Below are positions 1 through 6,742 of a stretch of DNA of 64,000 nt, in pieces. The notes beneath the pieces were generated by a model that was given only the letters and a program-made list of their open reading frames with translations, was not told where the DNA came from and made no database searches. The position numbers were made by a program, and so were the translations under genes. Position 1 is the first letter of the stretch. The number at the start of each line of letters is the position of its first letter. Origin of the DNA: Candidatus Nomurabacteria bacterium. Its GTDB lineage: Bacteria > Patescibacteriota > Minisyncoccia > Phycocordibacterales > UBA9973. The DNA lies in assembly GCA_963832025.1 (NCBI GenBank), contig CAWHSF010000003.1:79665-143664 (forward strand), given 5' to 3'.

Positions 1-234
1 TCACTGACGAGTCAGAATTCAACCGAAATCGAATCCTTCAACCTCTCCCATCTATGCTACGCAGACAAAAAACATGCTCAATATCAAGTTATAGTAAAGC
101 TTCTAGGGTCTTTTCGTCTAACTGCAGGTAACCGGCATCTTCACCGGTATTGTATTTTCACCGAGCTGGTCCCCGAGACAGTTCTCCAGTCATTACACCA
201 TTCGTGCGCGTCGGAACTTACCCGACAAGGATTG

Positions 235-273
<39 letters not shown>

Positions 274-1163
274 AGGGCTTATATCAGTCACCATATAATA
301 TTGCTACCATACAACGTCGATATTTGACCTTCTGGCATTGGTCAGGTGTCACCCCCTATACATCCTCTTGCGAGTTCGCAGGGAGCTGTGTTTTTGGTAA
401 ACAGTTGCCAGAGATACTTTCGCTGCGGCCCCTCGACTCGGTGCTAAGCACCTCGCTCGGACCTTCGGCCCAAAACATTTTTCAATATTTCTAGGCTGAA
501 AGTCCTGAGAGAGATACGCATATCAATCGAAGGGCAAGCCTTATCCCGAAGTTACGGCTGCTTTTTTGCCGAGTTCCTTGGGGACCACTCACTCGTTCGT
601 CTTGGTCTACTCGACCTGATCACCTGTGTCGGTTTGCGGTACGGATTCTATATTTATAAGTTTAGAGAGTTTTCTTGGAAGCGTGCTTTGTATCATTATC
701 CTCTGCCGAAGCGAAAACTTTTTGCTTCTCTTTCATGCGCCATTTAAGGCACTCTACGGATTTTCCTATAGAGCATCAATCAAGACACAAACTCAAATCC
801 AATAATGAGCGATACATACTACACTCCGTCACTCCCGTCACTAAATACAGAAGTCAGGGAATATTAACCCTGTGTCCATCGGGTGCGGCTTTCGCCATTC
901 CCTTAGGCCCGACTAACCCTTGGCTGATAGACATTGCCAAGGAAACCTTGATCTTTCGACGTGGGGGTTCTCACCCCATTGCGGTTACTTGTGCCAACAT
1001 TCTTACTTCCACACGCTCCAGAAGCTCTCACGGTCTTCCTTCACAGCAGAGTGGAACACTCTCCTACCACTCGTAGACTTCATCAAGAAGCCAAGCAACT
1101 ATTCTTGATTAGAAATAATTGCTTAGCAATGTAAATATTTTATACTCTCTCACTTGAGAGAGC

Positions 1164-1280
1164 TGGCGGGGATGGTGGGACTCGAACCCACGATCTCCAA
1201 GTTTGAATACATGGCCTTTACTTATGATACCAGCCACTTCTTCTCCACTGGCGCTCTAACCAACTAAGCCACAACCCCGC
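1164..1280 (-). tRNA. tRNA-like unit with ~40-nt expansion in the anticodon-arm region; anticodon not assignable
   Basis: Minus strand: acceptor GGGGTTG/CATCCCC (one T-T mismatch), D arm GCTT-AGTTGGTTA-GAGC, T arm GTGGG-TTCGAGT-CCCAC, 3' GCCA. About 115 nt instead of 76. Confidence 0.35.
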
Positions 1281-1319
1281 GTTTTCTGCGAACAAAGACT
1301 TTAATTTAGATTTAAGAAT

Positions 1320-1420
1320 TGGTCGGACCTGGGCAGATTGAACTGCCACTCCCTGAAGTTTACGGGTTAGCACTTCATGGCATAGGAACGCTCTTTCCAA
1401 CTACCCAAGAGCCAGGTCCG
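1320..1420 (-). tRNA. tRNA-like unit with ~25-nt expansion in the anticodon-arm region; possible GCC anticodon in a non-canonical context
   Basis: Minus strand: 7-8 bp acceptor (C)GGACCTG/CAGGTCC(G) followed by ACCA, D arm CTCTT...AAGAG, T arm GGCAG-TTCAAT-CTGCC (6-nt loop). Internal 6-bp hairpin TGAAGT/ACTTCA. 101 nt. Confidence 0.35.
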
Positions 1421-1450
1421 TAAAACTTTAAATCTAAATTCCAATTGGAT

Positions 1451-1524
1451 TGGCGTTCCAGGGATTCGAACCCTGATATTCGGCTCCAGAGGCCGGTGTC
1501 CTGCCGTTGAACGAGGCGAACGCT
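1451..1524 (-). tRNA. tRNA, anticodon loop CUCUGGA (CUG, Gln by position), atypical D arm
   Basis: Minus strand, 74 nt: acceptor AGCGTTC/GAACGCC (A1-C72 mismatch), anticodon stem CGGC/GCCG, variable ATAT, perfect T arm CAGGG-TTCGAAT-CCCTG. Confidence 0.55.
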
Positions 1525-2332
1525 TTTGAAGTTGAAAAAGTTACTATGCTTGTTTTCACCAGCACACTAATTTCTCAACTCCTTCCAATTTTTTACTAAA
1601 ACAAAGAACAATTTTTTCTTGATGAAGTCTACGAATCCTCAAATTCGGTAATATACTTAGCCCCAATTATTTTCGGCGCAAAATCTCTAGATGAGTGAGC
1701 TGTTACGCTATCTTTAAAGGATGGCTGCTTCTAAGCCAACCTCCTCATTGTTAAAGAAATCTCACCTTCTTGTCTTACACTTAGTATATATTTAGGGACC
1801 TTAAATGAGATCCGGGCTGTTTCCCTTTTGACCAATGGAGCTTAGCCCCCACGGCCTAACTGCCGAGCTATGGTCTCTGGTATTCGGAGTTTGATAGGTT
1901 TCGCGAGATTTCTCCCTGTCGAGACCTTCCAGTGCTCTACCCCCAGAGGAAACACTCGACGCTAGCCCAAAAGCTATTTCGGAGAGAACCAGCTATTACC
2001 AGGTTCGATTAGCTTTTCACTCCTTACCACAAGTCATCGGAAGACGTTGTACGATCTACCCGTTCGGACCTCCACAGATCTTTCGACCTACTTCATCCTG
2101 CTCATGGCAAGCTCACCTGGCTTCGGGTCTTATGCATGCTACTATCAATTAAGATAGCGCGCTATTAACACTCGGTTTCCCTTTGGTTCTGTGGTTTTAG
2201 TCCACTTACCAGCAGCATGAATAAACTCGTTGGCTCATTCTTCAATAGGCACGCTGTCGCAGATCCGAAGACCTGCTTCAACTCCTTGTAGACATATGGT
2301 TTCAGGTCTATTTCACCGCCCTAATCGGGCTG

Positions 2333-2369
<37 letters not shown>

Positions 2370-3000
2370 ATCTTTAAGAATATTTAGTCTTAGCGGTTAG
2401 TTCCGGCTGGATTCCCCCGGCCATTCATGTCCTGGGGTACTCAAGAATAACAATAAAAGAGATAAGAAATTTTCGCTTACAGGACTATCACCCTCTATGG
2501 TGTTGCTTTCCAGCAACTTAAGCTAATAACTTATTTTTTAACTCCTCTTTAAATAAATAAAACATTGTCTACCTTACAACCCCCATCGTATTGCTACTGA
2601 CGGTTTGGGCTCCTTCCTTTTCGCTCGCCGCTACTAAGGAAATGCATATTTGTTTCTTTTCCTCCTGGTACTGAGATGTTTCACTTCCCAGGGTGCGCTC
2701 TTTTATCATAAAGATAAAAATTATCAAGGTTTACTTGATAGGGTTTCCCCATTCGGAAATCTCCGGATCAAAGGTTGCTAAGCACCTCCCCGAAGCTTAT
2801 CGCAGCAACGCCACGTCCTTCATCGCTTCTTAAAGTCAAGGCATCCACCGTACGCCCTTAAATTTCCTGTTAGGAAATTTGAAAACCACATCCCGACTTT
2901 ACGCCGGGAAAAAACAAAGCTAGACTCAAACTTTTTTCACGACCGCTCGTTACTAAAATATTTGCCTTAGCTTTTTTCTGTCTGGGCTAAAAGACCCATC

Positions 3001-3029
3001 TTAATACCCGACAGATTTTCAATTTTCAA
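3001..3029 (-). promoter_or_regulatory. candidate sigma70-type promoter for the 23S gene
   Basis: Minus-sense TTGAAA (3024-3029), 17-nt spacer, TATTAA (3001-3006). Lies ~130 nt upstream of the 23S 5' end, inside a tandem ttgaaaa(t) repeat. Confidence 0.3.
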
Positions 3030-3054
3030 TTTTCAAACCGTCCTGATTTTTCCA

Positions 3055-3078
3055 CAAAAAAAACCGCTTTTGAGCGGC
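3055..3078 (-). terminator. rho-independent terminator (minus sense)
   Basis: Hairpin ccgcttttgagcgg (3064-3077) followed on the minus strand by a T8 run (3056-3063). Confidence 0.45.
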
Positions 3079-3178
3079 CTTCACAGACAAAGAAAGTCTG
3101 CTCTTAGCGCCGCCTTCTTAAACTGTTTCTTGTGATTATCATACTGATTAAACGAGTATAATCTATAACAAAAAAGAT

Positions 3179-3310
3179 GTCAACCCGGTAGTAGAGCTTT
3201 GCGATGTGTATAACACATTCCGACCTTTTGCTCGGAATATCGCAAAGTCTCACTACCGGGTCAACCTTGTAAACAAAACTAAAAAAGCACCTCTTTTGAG
3301 GTGCTTTTTT
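3179..3310 (+). ncRNA. candidate small structured RNA (~130 nt), family unknown
   Basis: Perfect TATAAT at 3167-3172. Outer stem acccggtag/ctaccgggt (3183-3191/3253-3261) and ctttgcgat/atcgcaaag (3197-3205/3239-3247) encloses hairpins atgtgtataacacat and attccga...tcggaat. Ends in an intrinsic terminator at 3286-3310. No ORF. Confidence 0.35.
3281..3310. terminator. bidirectional intrinsic terminator
   Basis: aaaaaagcacctc-tttt-gaggtgctttttt; A-run and T-run flank an 8-bp GC-rich stem. Sits directly downstream of the minus-strand CDS ending at 3331. Confidence 0.6.
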
Positions 3311-3330
3311 AGTCTCTAAACTATTAAATT

Positions 3331-4023
3331 TTATTTCTCGTAAGTTGAATGTTCGCCGAGTTTGGAAATCAAACGTCCGGCTGCTTCCTTTCCACCCAAG
3401 CCGAAAGCGAGAGCGCCAGAGAGCGCCAGCATCGCTACTAAGCCTGTGAAGAGAATACTCATGTAATCACCGAGGCCAAGTTTGCCGAGCACGATGATGA
3501 TTGCAAAAATCCAAATGGCATATTTGGCAACCATGGAAAGCATGTGTGCTGATTTCAAATTTACAGATTTTGCGGTAGCTAAAACAAGTTTAGCTAATCC
3601 TTCAGAAACGATAGCTGCGATAATCAAGACAAAAGCTGCGATGACGACTTGTGGTAAAAATCCAAGCACCCCGTCACTCAAAAAAGATGACACATCTGTC
3701 AAACCGACCAAGGAAAGAGAAGGAAGAAGGAAAACGATAATTACAAACCATCTGACGACTTCTCCGACAAAATATCCGGAGTTTAAATTTACTCCAGCCC
3801 TTTTAAAGAAGCTGTCTGCTCCGACAGAAGAGAAGAGGCTATCAATTTTTAAACTACTGAAAACTTGCTGAATGGCTTTGGAAATAAGTGAACCCAAAAG
3901 CCAACCGATTATAAAGAAAACAACCGCTAGGATAAGTCTTGGTGCAAATTGCACAAAACCAAACCACAAACCTTGAAGGGATGTGTTAAAAACGTCACCC
4001 CATGTCATCCAAATATTACTCAT
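3331..4023 (-). CDS. multi-pass membrane protein with repeated conserved-TM-helix modules (MscS N-terminal-like)
   Basis: 230-aa ORF with several long hydrophobic helices and a terminator downstream. Family assignment from sequence pattern only. Confidence 0.55.
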   Translation of the reverse strand: MSNIWMTWGDVFNTSLQGLWFGFVQFAPRLILAVVFFIIGWLLGSLISKAIQQVFSSLKIDSLFSSVGADSFFKRAGVNLNSGYFVGEVVRWFVIIVFLLPSLSLVGLTDVSSFLSDGVLGFLPQVVIAAFVLIIAAIVSEGLAKLVLATAKSVNLKSAHMLSMVAKYAIWIFAIIIVLGKLGLGDYMSILFTGLVAMLALSGALAFGLGGKEAAGRLISKLGEHSTYEK

Positions 4024-4134
4024 AAAATATTATAGTTATTAATAAAACTTACTAATAAATCCGGGTTCGACCCCCGCCTGCAACGCTGTGCGTAAGCACT
4101 GCGGGCAGGTTATAAAAGTTGTATGATTATTATA

Positions 4135-4200
4135 GCAGTTTCTAGACCTTTTTTAAGGCTTGTGTGGATAACTTCTTGCGTTAGGTCTTGCCTAACGCAG
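4135..4200. repeat. 38-nt unit (gcagtttctagaccttttttaaggcttgtgtggataac, 4135-4172) plus REP hairpin tgcgttagg-tcttg-cctaacgca (4177-4199)
   Basis: The 38-mer recurs exactly at 5971-6008 and the hairpin recurs at 5951-5973. The hairpin overlaps the RAYT stop codon. Confidence 0.9.
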
Positions 4201-4851
4201 AGCTAACCAATCAAAAATCTCTTCAATAAATGAGGATTTGTTGGGAAAGTATTTCGGAAATTCTTCTATATTTAAAATCTTGCTCTGAATTCTTTTTTCT
4301 CCAACAAAATCTAGATAGCTTGAGTAGGTATATTTATTTAAATAATTGATGGCTTCTTTTTTGTTTTTAATCCCCCTTTCTTTCCAATCTCTCTGAATAA
4401 GTTTTATTGGGTTTAAATGTATATAAGAAAATAAATATTTCAGATGCTGATCTATGCTTGTATGCTGAGATTTAAATTTACCTTCAAATAATCCACCTGT
4501 TCTTTTATATTTTTTATTGTAATACATTGAATAAGCAGTGCTCAATTTTTGCATAAATTTACTTATTCCACCTTCAACTTTTTCAGTGATTAGTATATGA
4601 AAATGATTTGGCATAATACAATATGCTCCAATACCAACTAGAAGATTTTTTCTCTCTAGCTCATAAACATTAAAATTGATATCTCTATTTAAATCGTAAA
4701 AATTAAAACTTTGATTTGAGTTTGAAACATAGAGTAAGGAAATAAATCTTAAATAATCTCCCTTATCGTGAAAAATTTTCTGTTTACTATTTCCACGATT
4801 ATAGAGGTGATAATACTCACCTTGAGCAAAATTAGTTTCTCTAAAAGACAT
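4192..4851 (-). CDS. rayT: REP-associated tyrosine transposase (RAYT; IS200/IS605 Y1 HUH family)
   Basis: YHLYNRG N-terminal block, HUH motif PNHFHIL, GGLFEGKFKS block, catalytic-Tyr block YIHLNP. Flanked by oppositely oriented REP hairpins. Confidence 0.8.
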   Translation of the reverse strand: MSFRETNFAQGEYYHLYNRGNSKQKIFHDKGDYLRFISLLYVSNSNQSFNFYDLNRDINFNVYELERKNLLVGIGAYCIMPNHFHILITEKVEGGISKFMQKLSTAYSMYYNKKYKRTGGLFEGKFKSQHTSIDQHLKYLFSYIHLNPIKLIQRDWKERGIKNKKEAINYLNKYTYSSYLDFVGEKRIQSKILNIEEFPKYFPNKSSFIEEIFDWLALR

Positions 4852-4872
4852 ATAAATATACTATCAAACATT

Positions 4873-4900
4873 CTCTGCGTTAGGCAAGGCCTAACGCAAG
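4873..4900. repeat. REP hairpin tgcgttagg-caagg-cctaacgca, inverted relative to copies at 4177 and 5951
   Basis: Same 9-bp stem as the 4177-4199 copy; the loop is nearly its reverse complement. Confidence 0.85.
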
Positions 4901-4908
4901 TAAATATT

Positions 4909-5934
4909 TTATTGTTTTACTTTATGAACACAATTTTCTTGAAATCCAGATCCTTGTCCACCATCTTGAATATAAATTCTTCCTCCATTTGGCAATGCAT
5001 CCCATTTCTCATACGGAGGCTTAAGAGAATCTCCTTTACCTTGCGGCGTCTCCCAAGCACTAGTATCTTTCAATAATTTTTCTTTCATTACCTTTTCTAC
5101 CACCTTACGTATCAATGCTGGATCCTGAATAAGTTGTTCTGAAAAAGCTCTTGCTATTGATTCTGGCAACACTATTTCAACACTTAAGCATTGTCCTTGT
5201 CTGCCCGTATAATCTCTCCATTCAGTTTGAGGAATTTGATAAGTAATTCTTACTGCTGGTTCATTTTTTCCAGCGCTAACAATCTCACTATGAAGTACTG
5301 GTTGATATTTCCCTGTAGCTTTTCTTTCGATGCGATCTGGAGTACTTCCCACACCAAACACTCCCTTTCTGCCTTTTATGGTTGATTCCTCATAAACCTC
5401 TTTCATTTCGGGACGAATATCAATAATTTCTCTAATACCATGTTCTTCAACTAATACATTTTTTAAAGTTTTCCCCTGGTTAACATCATTTCTTGAGAGA
5501 AAAACGTGTTCCATCGTTTTCAATGCAGAAGAAGGCATATGCCCATCTTGAATGCGTGTTGAAAGATCTCCAAATCCAGCATATCCTGTTGAGGATAAAT
5601 TTTGTGGAACCGATGTGAATATTCTTATACCACCATCTTGAAGCACCGTATTTATTGTTTTCTCGCGAGATTTTTGTTGCTCAGTCTGACTTTCAACACC
5701 CAGTTTTTTATGCAGAGCTTCCATCTCGGCTTCTTTCTTTTTTCTATTATGCTCTTCTGATTTACGCCAAAGTTCATCCAACTTTCTCCGACTTTCTTCT
5801 AACTCTTGTTCGCTCATTGCATTGCTGGGTGGTTTCTTCTCTGGTGTTTTTTTATATTCCATAGCCCTTGAAAAATCCAGTGTTCCATCTGGTTTTCTTT
5901 CAACACCTACAAAAAGTTTTTTCTCTAGACTCAT
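4909..5934 (-). CDS. hypothetical protein (341 aa), Lys/Glu-rich N-terminal region, no recognisable domain
   Basis: Long uninterrupted ORF bounded on both sides by REP hairpins. Confidence 0.55.
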   Translation of the reverse strand: MSLEKKLFVGVERKPDGTLDFSRAMEYKKTPEKKPPSNAMSEQELEESRRKLDELWRKSEEHNRKKKEAEMEALHKKLGVESQTEQQKSREKTINTVLQDGGIRIFTSVPQNLSSTGYAGFGDLSTRIQDGHMPSSALKTMEHVFLSRNDVNQGKTLKNVLVEEHGIREIIDIRPEMKEVYEESTIKGRKGVFGVGSTPDRIERKATGKYQPVLHSEIVSAGKNEPAVRITYQIPQTEWRDYTGRQGQCLSVEIVLPESIARAFSEQLIQDPALIRKVVEKVMKEKLLKDTSAWETPQGKGDSLKPPYEKWDALPNGGRIYIQDGGQGSGFQENCVHKVKQ

Positions 5935-5950
5935 AATAAAATTAATGTCT

Positions 5951-6016
5951 TGCGTTAGGTCTTGCCTAACGCAGTTTCTAGACCTTTTTTAAGGCTTGTG
6001 TGGATAACCCCCACAC
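5951..6016. repeat. REP hairpin (5951-5973), second copy of the 38-nt unit (5971-6008), then CCCCCACAC-family arm
   Basis: Exact repeat of 4135-4172. gtgtggataacccccacac is itself a hairpin. ccccacacttattgcaaag (6008-6030) pairs with ctttgcgataagtgtggggg (6057-6079). Confidence 0.9.
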
Positions 6017-6048
6017 TTATTGCAAAGATGCTCAAAAGAGCTTTATTT

Positions 6049-6633
6049 TTATAACTTCTTTGCGATAAGTGTGGGGGATAACTCTTTTGCCTGCAAAAGC
6101 ACTTCATGCGGGTAATCTAAAATATCCCGAACTAGCTTGTCGTACATATTTAGCCTATAAAGAAACTCTTTGGTTTCAAAAATTGCATAGACAAGTTCGG
6201 CTCCAATTTCCGCTTCAAGTTTGCGCATACCTTCTTCTATTTTTCCACGTTTCATTTTGTCTCCGACAATCAACAAATCCACTCGACTATCGTCGTTTTT
6301 AATAAAAACACCAGAAACTATGACCAGTTTTACTCGTCCAGCTTTTTTAAAAGTATCCAAGATAGTTTCTCTGTTTAAACTGTCTGAACGAACCAATAAA
6401 TCCTCAAATTCTTCACCATATTTGAAAGAAAAATTGAAAGACCAGCTTACGTCACGCTTTTTTATAAAACCAACAGAAGAAAGCAGTTTGAGTTCACGAC
6501 GAACGATACCGGGGTTTACTCTACTTCTTTTGACAATCTCTTTACTGGAAAAACCTTTATGTTTATTGAGTAGAAAGAGTCGCATGATCTTCACCCGGGC
6601 CGCATTACCCAATATTTTTTCTAGAATTTCCAT
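6049..6633 (-). CDS. winged-helix (ArsR-like) DNA-binding protein with a C-terminal nucleotidyltransferase-like domain
   Basis: N-terminal ARVKIMRLFLLN...SSKEIVKRSRVNPGIVRRELKLLSSVGFIKKR pattern. C-terminal half is a mixed alpha/beta region (VDLLIVGD). Confidence 0.5.
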   Translation of the reverse strand: MEILEKILGNAARVKIMRLFLLNKHKGFSSKEIVKRSRVNPGIVRRELKLLSSVGFIKKRDVSWSFNFSFKYGEEFEDLLVRSDSLNRETILDTFKKAGRVKLVIVSGVFIKNDDSRVDLLIVGDKMKRGKIEEGMRKLEAEIGAELVYAIFETKEFLYRLNMYDKLVRDILDYPHEVLLQAKELSPTLIAKKL

Positions 6634-6679
6634 CTATGCATTGTATCGCTTTCGCTAAAAAAATCAAGGAGAAAATGGA

Positions 6680-6716
6680 GACGTTCGACACCCGCCAGAG
6701 GCGGATGTCGAACGTC
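6680..6716. repeat. 37-nt nested palindrome gacgttcgacacccgcc-aga-ggcggatgtcgaacgtc
   Basis: Inverted-orientation relative of 26661-26697. Lies ~45 nt upstream of the 6633 start codon. Confidence 0.85.
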
Positions 6717-6742
6717 TGGAATTTAATTCTAATACAGTATAT

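Larger units (their letters stand above)
1090..1615 (-). other. 526-nt intervening sequence (IVS) at the tip of 23S helix 45
   Basis: 23S homology resumes on both sides. A perfect 18-bp stem closes the insert: cgtagacttcatcaagaa (1072-1089) pairs with ttcttgatgaagtctacg (1616-1633). No credible ORF inside. Confidence 0.75.

Noticed and set aside
675-1400. ORFs 675-1076, 920-1108 (+) and 1218-1400 (-)
   Set aside because: They lie entirely within the 23S rRNA gene or its IVS and tRNA-like units, so they are spurious.
4061-4110. tRNA 3'-half fragment (ccgggttcgaccccc resembles a T arm), possibly an integration-site scar
   Set aside because: No acceptor or D arm lies upstream. The segment continues into a GC-rich hairpin (cctgc...gtgc-gtaa-gcac...gcagg) related to other GC hairpins in the window, so it is better read as a repeat element.
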